Shown piece after piece: positions 1 to 10,096 of a stretch of 55,990 bases of DNA. Position 1 is the first letter of the stretch. Each line of letters begins with the position of its first letter. This DNA comes from a virus (taxonomy: Duplodnaviria; Caudoviricetes): positions 1 to 55,990 of the IMG/VR virus record IMGVR_UViG_3300033076_001194; one strand, given 5' to 3'. The notes beneath the pieces are model-generated. The model made no database searches, was not told the DNA's origin, and worked only from the letters and a program-made list of their open reading frames with translations. Position numbers and translations under genes: made by a program.

Positions 1-1103
1 TGGTTTGCATTTGTTCTACTTGTCTGCAAATCAACTGCACCTATACCTCTCGCATTTCCTCCTACTGCTGTTCCATCTGGGATTGAGGTAACGATTGAAC
101 CAGATATACCTGGTATCAAAGCAATTGATCCTGAACCTGCCTGAATGATTGATACTAGTTGAGTAGCCGAGGAGGTGGGTTGTATTGTGAGTGAACCTGT
201 TATTTGAACGTTGGATGTGAATCTACCTGAACCAGAAACGTCTAGTTTAAATCCTGAATCTGTAGTAGTGTTTAGAAGTAAATTACCCGTACTTGCTACA
301 AACCTTGCAATTTCTGATGAAAAGTCAGCGTCAGCATTACCTGAGTAGAACCTAATGTGTGCATTTGAACTATTTGAGGTTCTTAACGCTATACCACCTG
401 TACCCCCTGTTAGGTTTGCCTGGTTTTGTTGATAAGTACCGTAGCTAAAATTTGTACCTGTTGCTAAAAACCCACCTTGGCTGGTATTATCAGCATTAGT
501 GAAACTGATTATATTCGCTGAATTTGGAGCAACAGATAATTTTACTGTTGTATTGGTCCCAGGAGTGTTAGTTGTGACAGTCAACCCTCCTCTACTTGCT
601 ATAGACCCAGTCACAGTCAAACTTCCAGTCGGAATAGTAACCGTACCGTATAAAGTCTGAGTGTCATTTACTGCATCACCAAGTTGATTTGAACCGGTTG
701 ATAACTGAGTTTGATTTACAATTAAGGTATTAATTGAAGCAGTTCCCTGTACTACAACATTCCCGGATATAATAGCCGAAGATGCTGTTAAAGCACCGTT
801 AATATTTGCATTAGTGTTTACTGTAAAGCCATTTGCCGGAGAAATAGATGCACTATATGAACCAGAAGCTATCTGAGAAAGGTTTAAGCCGGTTATCCCA
901 GATGCAGGGATGTTGTATAATCCAATACCATCACCGGTAAAAGATCCTGTGAAAGAACCTGTGTTATAAGATCCTGTAAATGCATTGAAGGAACTTGTAG
1001 TAACATAGGAACCTGTAGGGAAAACACCTGCTGAACCTGAAGGTCCTTGTGGCCCAACTGGTCCCTGTGGCCCTGGTGAATTTACTATTAGAACACTAGG
1101 CAT
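1..1103 (-). CDS. Tail fibre-like virion protein, truncated by the window edge (not in the ORF track)
   Basis: ATG at 1103 reads MPSVLIVNSPGPQGPVGPQGPSGSAG... (short collagen-like G-X-Y run), then TGS-rich sequence. Contains STGSNQLGDAVNDTQTLYGTVTIPTGSLTVTGS, homologous to the N-terminal part of the 974-aa fibre. Confidence 0.75.
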   Translation of the reverse strand, partial: MPSVLIVNSPGPQGPVGPQGPSGSAGVFPTGSYVTTSSFNAFTGSYNTGSFTGSFTGDGIGLYNIPASGITGLNLSQIASGSYSASISPANGFTVNTNANINGALTASSAIISGNVVVQGTASINTLIVNQTQLSTGSNQLGDAVNDTQTLYGTVTIPTGSLTVTGSIASRGGLTVTTNTPGTNTTVKLSVAPNSANIISFTNADNTSQGGFLATGTNFSYGTYQQNQANLTGGTGGIALRTSNSSNAHIRFYSGNADADFSSEIARFVASTGNLLLNTTTDSGFKLDVSGSGRFTSNVQITGSLTIQPTSSATQLVSIIQAGSGSIALIPGISGSIVTSIPDGTAVGGNARGIGAVDLQTSRTNAN

Positions 1104-1104
1104 C

Positions 1105-1476
1105 TTAATATAATCCTGTGGTTACTTCCTTAGATAATTGAACATTACCCTGAATTAATCTTGTTACTACACTCCCGGATGCAATCTCTAAATCATAAAC
1201 TCCCTGATCAAAGGTTAACTGCGAGGAGGAAATTGCAGAAATAAACAAATTAATTGTTCCTGAAACGGGTGTAGGGAAAGTAATCCCGGTACCGTCCGGC
1301 TGTATAGAACTAGATAACGTAAGGTAACTGGTAGGAGACCCGATTGTTGGTCTGATTTGCATTCTTCCGGTATAACCGGTTAAGTCTACCGGAACACTGT
1401 TAGAATCTTTATACTGTAATTCTAAAGTGAAGGTTGTACCTTGTTCTATTATAAAATTATATTTTCCTGCAGCCAT
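1105..1476 (-). CDS. Small beta-sandwich virion protein, possibly fibre attachment (LtfC/BppU-like)
   Basis: IEQGTTF...DLTGYTGRMQIR...GVYDLEI...RLIQG pattern typical of phage fibre-attachment proteins; preceded by TATTTATA motif. Confidence 0.55.
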   Translation of the reverse strand: MAAGKYNFIIEQGTTFTLELQYKDSNSVPVDLTGYTGRMQIRPTIGSPTSYLTLSSSIQPDGTGITFPTPVSGTINLFISAISSSQLTFDQGVYDLEIASGSVVTRLIQGNVQLSKEVTTGLY

Positions 1477-1497
1477 AGTTTATTTATAAATATTTGT

Positions 1498-1528
1498 AAA
1501 AAAAGAAAGGCCCTACTTGAGGACCTTT
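1498..1528 (-). terminator. Rho-independent terminator
   Basis: Minus strand AAAGGTCCT-CAAGT-AGGGCCTTT followed by CTTTTTTT, just after the 84-aa ORF. Confidence 0.75.
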
Positions 1529-1552
1529 AGTAAAAAGAATATAAGGGTTTAA

Positions 1553-1807
1553 TTAAGACTGCGAAGGAATAAATTCACCTTTCTCAAGATCAATTGTACC
1601 GTTTCCGTACTTGTCTGATAAGGTTTTTCCAAATTCTTGCTCTTGAGCCTTTAAGTCATTGAAGTATTTTACAACTTCTTCTCTTCTAGACTCAATTTGA
1701 AGCTTGGCAATTTCTAGATTACCTAATTCTGTTGCAACAGCAGCATTACTTTGCTGAATTTCTTGCAGTTTTTCAATTTCTTCTGCGGTTAATTTTGTAT
1801 TTTCCAT
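1553..1807 (-). CDS. Small coiled-coil hypothetical protein
   Basis: 84 aa, heptad-like E/K/Q-rich helix ending KYGNGTIDLEKGEF; in fibre operon. Confidence 0.6.
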   Translation of the reverse strand: MENTKLTAEEIEKLQEIQQSNAAVATELGNLEIAKLQIESRREEVVKYFNDLKAQEQEFGKTLSDKYGNGTIDLEKGEFIPSQS

Positions 1808-1829
1808 AACGTTTTTTGTGTTTTTTAGG

Positions 1830-2177
1830 TTAGAATGAGCCAGTTACCGGTGCATCTGTAGGGATTCCTACGATATCAAACGTGGTTGCTGGGTAAGAAA
1901 CTTGTAATTGATCAACTACTTTTGAAGTTACAAAGTATAAATACTTATCAACTACTGAGTATCCAGTCTCTAATTCAGGAGCATCTGCTGTTTCTACATA
2001 AAAAGGCCAGCATGCAATTGATGAAGAACCTGAAATGTAAGCATCTTTTGAAGGATACATGAAACAATCTACAGGTACTTGAGTTCCTGCTACTGGGTAA
2101 TGTAGAGTAAGACGGAAGTAAGGCTGTGTGTATGTTCCGTAGTTATACTCAAGGGTGTTTGTTACTTGAATTGCCAT
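1830..2177 (-). CDS. Hypothetical fibre-associated protein
   Basis: 115 aa; TATTTATA 4 nt before ATG; SGS/TGS motifs like neighbouring virion proteins. Confidence 0.55.
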   Translation of the reverse strand: MAIQVTNTLEYNYGTYTQPYFRLTLHYPVAGTQVPVDCFMYPSKDAYISGSSSIACWPFYVETADAPELETGYSVVDKYLYFVTSKVVDQLQVSYPATTFDIVGIPTDAPVTGSF

Positions 2178-2181
2178 ATGT

Positions 2182-2189
2182 TATAAATA
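2182..2189 (-). promoter_or_regulatory. Putative late promoter TATTTATA (representative of about 17 copies)
   Basis: TATTTAT(A/T/C/G) upstream of minus-strand genes at plus coordinates 1485, 2182, 10477, 14484, 17530, 19369, 20458, 22386, 26969, 30952, 35671, 40504, 49227, 51679, 54851, 55297, 55636. Confidence 0.75.
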
Positions 2190-2207
2190 TAATGTGAATT
2201 TGTTAAA

Positions 2208-5132
2208 TTATATACTTGTTTCTGATAGTTTTATTCCTCCTACAACTTTCATTGTCACTGTTCCACCACCGGCAAAAGTTGGTCCGGTGAATCTAGGAAT
2301 TAAGTTAGCACTACCTCCTGCTACAAAAGTCATAGCAACTGCGCTTAAGCTTGTATCTGCTGCTTTATCATTAGCAATAATACCTACCACAGAGAGTACT
2401 CCTCCGACTTTCTTAACAACTGCTCTGATTGTTCCACCGGCTGTATCGCCGACTGTAACACCGGTTGCAGTACCTGATATTGAAGAAACTGTTGATATCC
2501 AATCCATGGTAACCATCCATGCTCTTGAAGATCCTAGTAGTGTAATATTAGTACCGGCTATAGATAAATCCATGGTAGCACCTGTGGTTAACCCAGATGA
2601 ATTTTTTACTGTTATAAAAGACTGCTGTGCACCTGCGTCCCTATTATTAAAAGTATGGTTTCCATAAGCAAATGATATTTGACCAGGTAGGTATGATCTA
2701 GCTTCATACCCAATGGCAGCATTAAAGTCTGCTCCTGAATCTGTGTTGGAAATAAATCCTGCTACTATACTTCCGTTACCGCGAGCTTCTGTGCTATACC
2801 CCACGGCAATAGAATTATTACCGGCAACAGCAAAGTCCCCAGATGTTAAATTACCGTAAGTTCCTAAAGTTAGATTTCCTGTTGTAACGATTGATCCGGT
2901 AACGTTAATTCCGGACGGTGTTACTTGTAAACGTTGTACATTATTAACTCCTATATCAACTGTAGTATTTTCATAATTCCAGAGTCTTAGAGTATTACCT
3001 GTCCATAGACCCATCACAGCACCTCTTAAAGTAGCTACTCCAGTTGACCAAGAAGTCATTCTTACATGAGCTGCTGGTGCCCAGTAGTTTTCACCGTGTA
3101 TAAACAACACACTACCTGAGATTTCTGTTTTAGCAATATCTGTTGTACCCATTGAAATAGCAGTCGGTACTTTCATAGCGGGGTCAGCAGCAAACATTGG
3201 ATTACCGTATCCATACAACCAGGTCTGGTTACCAGATGAATACAGTGAAAATGGATTAGCTGCCGAGTAGTTTGACTCTAAAACTAACTTGTAGTATGTA
3301 TTATCGTCTTTATTAGGTTCTAGTATTAGTTGTGTTGCGTATTGGTTATTTGTTTTATGTCCAATTATTAAAGCTGTGCTACTGTTAGTATAAGTTGACG
3401 TTCTTCCAATTTTAACTAAGTTATTATCTAATACCTGCAGTGATGGGTTTAAGTTAGAATCATCAACTCTCAAAGCAGCTGTAGCTGAGGTTGTTCCTGA
3501 TCCTTTAACGGCAAATTCAGTTGAAGTAGGTTGAGTGGATGCTGAGTAGTTTACAAATACACCCTGGTTTCTTCCACCTGCATCAACATCTAAGAATATA
3601 GGTTTGTAGGATGGTGTTGCTCCATTCCCGTAGTTATATCCTGATAGTTGAGGTCCTGCAGTATTGTTGTATTTTAGAACAATACCGGATGCTGATCCGC
3701 CGGATTGTCCGGCTCCTAACATGAGAAAATTATTATTCCTAAAGTCAGCTATGGTAGTTCCGTCCCCGGTTCTTATTAAGAAATTTTGAGTTTGTTGTAA
3801 TGTGTCGTCTCCTTTTATTTCAATAGATCCTGAGGTAGTAATATAGTTAAAATAACTAGTCCCCCCTTCGACTTGTAAAACATAACCTTGGTCTAATGTT
3901 GGATTTATTAATAGTCTATTATTAATTGTGCTTAATCCATTAGCAGTAAACCCTTGTGATAACTGTAAAGATCCTGTAATTAATACATCCTGTACTAAAG
4001 GGTTAACATAAGAAGCAGTTAATGCTGCAGAAGCTGTTCCGGATAATGAACCTGTAAATCCTCCTGTTGCTAGTAAATTTCCACTTACGTGTAAGGAAGC
4101 TGATGGTGTTGATATCCCTATACCAACCCTGCTTCCACTTACGTATAAAGTATTACCAGCATTTAAAGTACCTGCAGTCCCTGATCCTGTTATATTTAAT
4201 CTATATCCAGTATCTGCTGTACCATCAGCTCCTATTAAAAAGTTACTTGTTAAAAATATTTTAGCTAGTGGAGCATTATAACCTCTAGTAAACGTAATTG
4301 CCGAGGAAGCCCAGTTAGCAACGTTAATATTGATATCAGCCATTCGATTCAATGTAATCTTTGAATCATATTGATCTAAACCACCTAATCTGATATTATA
4401 GAATTGTTGTGTATCCCCTATAGTAATAGGACCTCCTTGAACTGTTAGGCCGTTTCTAATATAGGCTGATCCTGTATCGGTTACGTAGAATGAACTAGAG
4501 GCATTTGCATTCTGAACTAGTAAAGCAGTAGTGGCTGAGGTTGTTCCTGATCCTTTTACCTGTAGTTGTGATGTTGGGGTTATTTGATTTATACCTATAT
4601 AACCTGAACCGGATAAAATAGTAAGTCTATTTGTATTCTGTGTACTAAAGGATAGGGTACCACTACTAACTGAGATACTTTGTGGATCTGATCCTAATAC
4701 TACATTAACATCAGTTCCTGATGTTTTTTGTAATTTTATACCGTTAGCACTTCTTAATATTAAAAAATTTTGACCTGAGGAATCTATAAAAGCATCTGAT
4801 CCTTCTGCTCTAAAATTTAAAGTGCGGTTATCTGTGCCTCTTAATGTTAGGGCGTACCCATCAGCTGTTACAGTGGTTGTACCTCGAACAGATGTAGAGC
4901 CAGTCACAGTCAAAGACCCTGTAGGTATCCTTACAGTACCGTACAACGTCTGAAGATCATCTACTGCATCTCCTAAGATATTAGACCCGGAAGAAAAAGA
5001 CTGAGTAACAACGACTGTATTCTGGGCATATAAAGTCCCGCTGATGATTAAATTCTGAGGGACAGTAACGTTATTACTACTATCTACTATAAGTGCATTT
5101 ACAAGGTCTGCGGTTTTTCTACTTTTTGTCAT
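2208..5132 (-). CDS. Long tail fibre / receptor-binding protein
   Basis: 974 aa, G/S/T-rich beta repeats (VGIGISTPSASLHVSG), two KGSGTTSAT modules, YadA-like A-x-G head repeats near the C-terminus. Confidence 0.75.
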   Translation of the reverse strand: MTKSRKTADLVNALIVDSSNNVTVPQNLIISGTLYAQNTVVVTQSFSSGSNILGDAVDDLQTLYGTVRIPTGSLTVTGSTSVRGTTTVTADGYALTLRGTDNRTLNFRAEGSDAFIDSSGQNFLILRSANGIKLQKTSGTDVNVVLGSDPQSISVSSGTLSFSTQNTNRLTILSGSGYIGINQITPTSQLQVKGSGTTSATTALLVQNANASSSFYVTDTGSAYIRNGLTVQGGPITIGDTQQFYNIRLGGLDQYDSKITLNRMADININVANWASSAITFTRGYNAPLAKIFLTSNFLIGADGTADTGYRLNITGSGTAGTLNAGNTLYVSGSRVGIGISTPSASLHVSGNLLATGGFTGSLSGTASAALTASYVNPLVQDVLITGSLQLSQGFTANGLSTINNRLLINPTLDQGYVLQVEGGTSYFNYITTSGSIEIKGDDTLQQTQNFLIRTGDGTTIADFRNNNFLMLGAGQSGGSASGIVLKYNNTAGPQLSGYNYGNGATPSYKPIFLDVDAGGRNQGVFVNYSASTQPTSTEFAVKGSGTTSATAALRVDDSNLNPSLQVLDNNLVKIGRTSTYTNSSTALIIGHKTNNQYATQLILEPNKDDNTYYKLVLESNYSAANPFSLYSSGNQTWLYGYGNPMFAADPAMKVPTAISMGTTDIAKTEISGSVLFIHGENYWAPAAHVRMTSWSTGVATLRGAVMGLWTGNTLRLWNYENTTVDIGVNNVQRLQVTPSGINVTGSIVTTGNLTLGTYGNLTSGDFAVAGNNSIAVGYSTEARGNGSIVAGFISNTDSGADFNAAIGYEARSYLPGQISFAYGNHTFNNRDAGAQQSFITVKNSSGLTTGATMDLSIAGTNITLLGSSRAWMVTMDWISTVSSISGTATGVTVGDTAGGTIRAVVKKVGGVLSVVGIIANDKAADTSLSAVAMTFVAGGSANLIPRFTGPTFAGGGTVTMKVVGGIKLSETSI
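3484..4556. repeat. Exact 23-bp direct repeat (3484-3506 and 4534-4556), 1050 bp apart, in frame
   Basis: GCTGAGGTTGTTCCTGATCCTTT at both sites, encoding KGSGTTSA; degenerate copies near 11645-11670 and 12515-12545. Confidence 0.85.
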
Positions 5133-6841
5133 AATAATGCTGCTAATTGAGCTCCTGTTGATTGTACTGTACTAATATTTTTTATTCTTGCTCCTATGGT
5201 TCCAGAACCTGTTAAGTTGGTGATTGGTACTTTCCAAATATCTTCTGCTTTCAATACTGCACTTCCTGTAGTATTATCTACAAGAATACCGTAGGCTACA
5301 GACTCGGTTGATGGAATTATACAAGTTCCTGTTTGAGATCCGTTTGCATAAGTTACTCCTAGTCTAACATCTGATGCTGCCGGAGCATCTATTATTGCAG
5401 AAGGAGATACCATTCGGGTTGCAGGTGCTATTGCTCCTGGACTTAGTGCTCCATTTGTTGTTTCATCTCTAAATTCTAGATAAGTTGTTACTGAAGGAAT
5501 TAGGTGCATTCTTACACATTGGTATGGGAAAAACCCATAAGTAGATGAAATGAAAGGCCCACTAAATATATTTATTGCACTAGTTGACCCATTTATAAAA
5601 CAAGGTCCTGATCCATTAACGATCATGGCACCTATGTGCTTGAAATAACTTGAAGTTGCACTTTCTAATGCAGCAGCCCCTGCCGCCACATTACTTGTAA
5701 TTGTTCCTGTGACTTCAAGAACTGCCGCAGGTCCGCCAGAAGTTATTCTAATTGCTTTGTTATTAGTCCCGCTTGTTCCGTTTCCTGTAACATTTCCAGT
5801 TACTCTAACAATTGCACTAGCCGAAATGTATAAAGAATTTGCTTCTGGATTAGTTTGTCCTATTATGTTTCCAGTTATGTTAAGTGTACAAACAGAGTTA
5901 ACCCAGACAACACGGCTTGTATCTCCACTTGTTGAACCTCCACTTAAACTACCGACAATATTAACTGTTGAATTTTGGTCAATATAAAGAGTACTTATCG
6001 CTCCAGCGGTTACTGGACCTACGATATCTGATGTAATATTTATAGTACCTAAACCTGATAATACAACAGATCGACCTAAAGCAGTCATACCTCTAACAAA
6101 AGTAGAGTTTATATTAGAAACTGTCCCTGCTCCTCCATTCCAAGTTAACAAAGTGACTGCTCCAGGAATTAACCCTCCTCCTGTGCATGTTACGTTTATT
6201 CCTCCTCCTAAAAGAAAAGTCCCACCAGCAACTGCTGCGGTAGTACCTAAGTATTCATACATTTCAAGATTAATAATACCCAAGTTAGTGTTTTGACCAA
6301 GAGTTACATATAATCTGTACTTGATGTAAGCGGTAGAATTGCCAATTAAAGGACTTGTATATGTTGTGGTGTTTCCTGTAACGGTATGAAGTGTAATCCA
6401 GCTTGTACCATTCCATCCTTGAAACTCCCAATCTTTAGGACCTTGTTCTGTTCCATTGTTTACTCCTTGTATATAATATTTATCTATTGCTTTTGCTACT
6501 GGGAATTCGTAAGATAGCCATTTAGGGTTTCCAACACCTACGGTTCCAGCACCCCACCATGTTCCAGAGTTGGCATCAAATGCTTTAAAAGCATCGTAAG
6601 TAGCACTAGTTATATTACTTGCAGATGCAATCCCACTTGGTGTAGTGTTTGAAGTCATTGTAGGAATTGCAGTAGTTACGGTTGCAGCTGCATTTGTAAT
6701 ACTATCTACGTTAACGTTTTGATCTATAGTTACTGTAAAATTATTAGACGCTACCACATCACCTGTTGTAGGTAACACACCTCCATTCCAAATTGCTGGG
6801 TTTGACCAACTTCCTGATGCTACTGCTACTCTTAATGCCAT
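5129..6841 (-). CDS. Virion adhesin-like protein with F5/8 type C (discoidin-like) domain
   Basis: 570 aa; AFKAFD...WL-x-Y-x-F...PKDWEFQGWNGTSW...YIKYRL discoidin-like signature followed by Gly-rich beta-helix-like repeats; paralogue of the next ORF. Confidence 0.7.
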   Translation of the reverse strand: MALRVAVASGSWSNPAIWNGGVLPTTGDVVASNNFTVTIDQNVNVDSITNAAATVTTAIPTMTSNTTPSGIASASNITSATYDAFKAFDANSGTWWGAGTVGVGNPKWLSYEFPVAKAIDKYYIQGVNNGTEQGPKDWEFQGWNGTSWITLHTVTGNTTTYTSPLIGNSTAYIKYRLYVTLGQNTNLGIINLEMYEYLGTTAAVAGGTFLLGGGINVTCTGGGLIPGAVTLLTWNGGAGTVSNINSTFVRGMTALGRSVVLSGLGTINITSDIVGPVTAGAISTLYIDQNSTVNIVGSLSGGSTSGDTSRVVWVNSVCTLNITGNIIGQTNPEANSLYISASAIVRVTGNVTGNGTSGTNNKAIRITSGGPAAVLEVTGTITSNVAAGAAALESATSSYFKHIGAMIVNGSGPCFINGSTSAINIFSGPFISSTYGFFPYQCVRMHLIPSVTTYLEFRDETTNGALSPGAIAPATRMVSPSAIIDAPAASDVRLGVTYANGSQTGTCIIPSTESVAYGILVDNTTGSAVLKAEDIWKVPITNLTGSGTIGARIKNISTVQSTGAQLAALL

Positions 6842-8643
6842 TATGATATAAAATTTGATATTTGATCTCCAGTACTTGCTACTGTAGCACTATTTTTTAG
6901 TCTATCTCCAATACTTCCTGATATGGTCATATTATTTGTTGCATAATTCCATATATCACCCACAGTCAAAACAGCTGTTCCAACAGTATTATCAACTCCA
7001 ACTCCTAATCTTACATTTGCTGGTGAAGGTACTCTCATAGTTCCTGTTAGAGAACCAGAAGCATATGTTACTCCGTATCTTACATTATTAATAGAAGGAG
7101 CATCTACTGCTGTAGACGGTGCTACCAATCTTGTAGCGGGAGCTGGAGTAGCGGGAGGTAATGCTCCGTTGGTAGAATTATCTCTAAATTCATAATAAGA
7201 TCCTGATGTTCTCCTATAATGCATTCTTGTTAGGTAGATAGGCTGTATTCCTGTAGGTGAAGAAATAAACGGTCCTGTTAAAATATTAATTGCTCCTGCA
7301 CCAGTTGAACTTATTGCTACATTTGACTGAGAACCATTAATACCGGCCAATCCTGTGGAAATTACAGAACCGTAATGGTTAAGATAGATATTACTAGAAC
7401 TTCTTAACCCACTACTAAGTCTACCGTAAATTATTCCTGTTATAGTAATATTTGCATTGTTGTCAGCTTGAATACCCGGACTTTCTGCATAATTGTTTCC
7501 TCCGTACACATCTCCAGTAATCGTTGCAGTCGTACTATTTAAATATACTCCGTGATTATTACCAAATCCTCCTCCCGTAGTTGTACCTACTAGTGTAAAT
7601 ACTCCTGGAGAATTAAATCTTATACCTGTAGCTGTGTTACTACCAAAGCCTCCTATTGTAGAGCCTACTATATTAATTGTACATACTACATCTGTATTTA
7701 TACCGTGTGCACTAGCACCTTGTCCACTATTAACGCTTCCGTTAAAATTAAGAGTACTATTTACACCACTAATATATATCCCAGACCAACTACTACTACC
7801 TCCGTATGTTATAGTTCCTGTAACATTAAATGTTCCAGCGCCAGATAACACAATTAAATGTTGAGATACATTTGCTCTATTTAAATTGTTTGCTATAAGT
7901 GTCGATGTGTTTCCTGCGGTAACTGGGACTGTCAGGACTGTTGAAGTACCTTGATTAATCGACTCGGTGCCGGTCAACCTAACAGTTACTCCTGAGTTAA
8001 GTATGAATCCTCCTCCTGCTATTGTTGTAGCAGTATAATGTCCTGCATCATACAAGTACATTTCATTTATACTTAAGTAACTAACATTTCCTCCGTTAAG
8101 AGTTATGTAAATTCTGTACTTAATATAAGCTGTAGTGTTAGTAAAGGTTCCAGTGTATGTAGTACTTGTATTCCCTGTTACCGTATGTAAAACAGTCCAA
8201 GTACTACCATTCCATCCTTCAAAAGTAAAATTCTTAGGGTATGAATCTGTGGTAAAAGATCCAGCAAAAGTATAACTTGTTACTACCGTAGGAGTTGCAA
8301 ATTCATAAGCCAACCAACTGTTTGTTATCTGACCAGCACCAGCTATCCATGTATTAGTGGTAGCAGAACTTCCATCAAAAGCTTTCCAAGCTTGTCTGGT
8401 AGAGTCATACTCTGAACTTGCCGATGCTATACCACTTGGTGTAGTATTTGAAGTCATTATTGGATTTGCTCTAACAGGAGCTGTTGCTGCATTTGTTAAA
8501 GAGTCCACATTGACATTTTGATCGATTGTAACAGTAAATCCATTAGAAGCAACAGTATCTCCAGCAACCGGTAAAATACCGTCATTCCATGTCGCTGGAT
8601 TGCTCCAGTTACCGCTTGCTACTGCTGCTTTTAAACCTGCCAT
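6841..8643 (-). CDS. Virion adhesin-like protein with F5/8 type C (discoidin-like) domain, paralogue
   Basis: 600 aa; same architecture (SGNWSNPATW N-terminus, MTSNTTPSGIASAS, AWKAFDG, PKNFTFEGWNGSTW, C-terminal IGDRLKN). Confidence 0.7.
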   Translation of the reverse strand: MAGLKAAVASGNWSNPATWNDGILPVAGDTVASNGFTVTIDQNVNVDSLTNAATAPVRANPIMTSNTTPSGIASASSEYDSTRQAWKAFDGSSATTNTWIAGAGQITNSWLAYEFATPTVVTSYTFAGSFTTDSYPKNFTFEGWNGSTWTVLHTVTGNTSTTYTGTFTNTTAYIKYRIYITLNGGNVSYLSINEMYLYDAGHYTATTIAGGGFILNSGVTVRLTGTESINQGTSTVLTVPVTAGNTSTLIANNLNRANVSQHLIVLSGAGTFNVTGTITYGGSSSWSGIYISGVNSTLNFNGSVNSGQGASAHGINTDVVCTINIVGSTIGGFGSNTATGIRFNSPGVFTLVGTTTGGGFGNNHGVYLNSTTATITGDVYGGNNYAESPGIQADNNANITITGIIYGRLSSGLRSSSNIYLNHYGSVISTGLAGINGSQSNVAISSTGAGAINILTGPFISSPTGIQPIYLTRMHYRRTSGSYYEFRDNSTNGALPPATPAPATRLVAPSTAVDAPSINNVRYGVTYASGSLTGTMRVPSPANVRLGVGVDNTVGTAVLTVGDIWNYATNNMTISGSIGDRLKNSATVASTGDQISNFIS

Positions 8644-8933
8644 TACAATCCTTTCTCGTCAATAAATGTTTGTAGAGTATCCATTATACCCTTGATTGCT
8701 TTCTCAAAAGCAGGATCACTCTCTGCTACTTCAAATACATCTAATAATGAAACTGCTTTGGCATGATCCGGCAGTTGTTCAATTCCACCAAGTTCAAGAT
8801 TTCTATAAGGTGTTAATCTTAAAGCTACACTTGCTCCTTTTGGTGCATCATACGGACTTATCGCTAAATTAATCAAAAAATACGGGTATTCTACTCCGTC
8901 TACTACTGTTGGATGTGTACTGGTTATTGGCAT
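8643..8933 (-). CDS. Hypothetical protein
   Basis: 96 aa; TAATG stop/start overlap with the downstream gene. Confidence 0.6.
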   Translation of the reverse strand: MPITSTHPTVVDGVEYPYFLINLAISPYDAPKGASVALRLTPYRNLELGGIEQLPDHAKAVSLLDVFEVAESDPAFEKAIKGIMDTLQTFIDEKGL

Positions 8934-8937
8934 AATT

Positions 8938-9510
8938 TTATGAATATATTACTATGTATCTGTCTGTCCAAGCTACGTTTGCTGCTGATTTAGTGTTTGT
9001 TGTACCGTCTATAAGTATCTCAATTCTTGAAATAGTCCAACCCGGTGCTGCTTCTACAGTTCCATAAACTGCTCTTCCGCAGTATGAATAGCTTCCTGAG
9101 AAATCATGCTTGGTTATGTACTCTGTTGGTAGATTAACTATGCTTGTGTTGTAATACAGTATGGAACTAACTTCATCTAGTAATTCACAGGCAGATCCTA
9201 TAGTTAAGATGCTTCCTGATGCGGTGTATTCACTTGTGGTTAATTTAGCACCATTTATAAACACATCTAAGAAATCAGAACCTGTAGGTATGGTAAAGAC
9301 TGTTTGTCCTTCTGTGGCAAGTACTGTATTTACAGTCCGGGTAGTAAAATTTACATTTTGTGCAAAAGAGGCAGTTGCTGCATACGAGCTAGTTACATTT
9401 ATAAAACTAAGTAGACTTCCGGTACCGTCTCCAAGATAGCTTCCATCGGTCTGAACGACACGTTGGTAGGTACTACTTATGGGATTACCCGAAAAATTCT
9501 CTATAGGCAT
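8938..9510 (-). CDS. Hypothetical virion structural protein
   Basis: 190 aa; ATEGQTVFTI...LDVFING module seen in T4-like virion proteins; four SGS/TGS motifs. Confidence 0.55.
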   Translation of the reverse strand: MPIENFSGNPISSTYQRVVQTDGSYLGDGTGSLLSFINVTSSYAATASFAQNVNFTTRTVNTVLATEGQTVFTIPTGSDFLDVFINGAKLTTSEYTASGSILTIGSACELLDEVSSILYYNTSIVNLPTEYITKHDFSGSYSYCGRAVYGTVEAAPGWTISRIEILIDGTTNTKSAANVAWTDRYIVIYS

Positions 9511-9523
9511 TAATTATCAACTT

Positions 9524-10096
9524 TTAAAATTTATCTACAAGATATCCTAAAGTTGAATCTAATTTTGTGCCGGAGATTTGATTTTCTGTGATATAATTTT
9601 TTATTACTTGCTTGGCTGTAGTGTTGTATTTAAGCATCTTATTTAAAGAAGCGTATTTTTTAAAGTCTACATTCTCTTTGACAAGTAAGTTGTAAATTTT
9701 CTCTCCGTCTGAATCAGTAACAACTGTAGGTTTATCATTATTAATATATGAAATTTCTGTCACTTCGACAAGCGGCTTTGAAGATTTTTTTTCTTCAATC
9801 ACTTCTACAACCACTGTCTTAGATTGTTCTACTGCGTATTCTGATTTCCAAGGAGTGAAGTAAGTATCATCTGCGATAACTTCTAACTTAACAAAACCCT
9901 TGCTTTTAAAATTATCAAAGTTCTTAAATTTTCCAATATTAACTTCACAGATACCATCTTTTAAGGTTCCGTCAAACATTAAATTGTGAGATTCACCTTC
10001 AATGATTAATCTTGCTAGGGCGGTTGATTCACTAGCTCCTTCAACCATTACCTTACATTTGAAGGTATTAGCTTTATCCGTGTATAATTTGAACAT
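9524..10096 (-). CDS. Hypothetical protein
   Basis: 190-aa ORF in operon order; beta-rich N-terminal half ending ADDTYFTPW. Confidence 0.55.
   Translation of the reverse strand: MFKLYTDKANTFKCKVMVEGASESTALARLIIEGESHNLMFDGTLKDGICEVNIGKFKNFDNFKSKGFVKLEVIADDTYFTPWKSEYAVEQSKTVVVEVIEEKKSSKPLVEVTEISYINNDKPTVVTDSDGEKIYNLLVKENVDFKKYASLNKMLKYNTTAKQVIKNYITENQISGTKLDSTLGYLVDKF

Noticed and set aside
1030-1080. Collagen-like GPQGPVGPQGPSG run
   Set aside because: Only about four triplets and common in phage fibres; not unusual.
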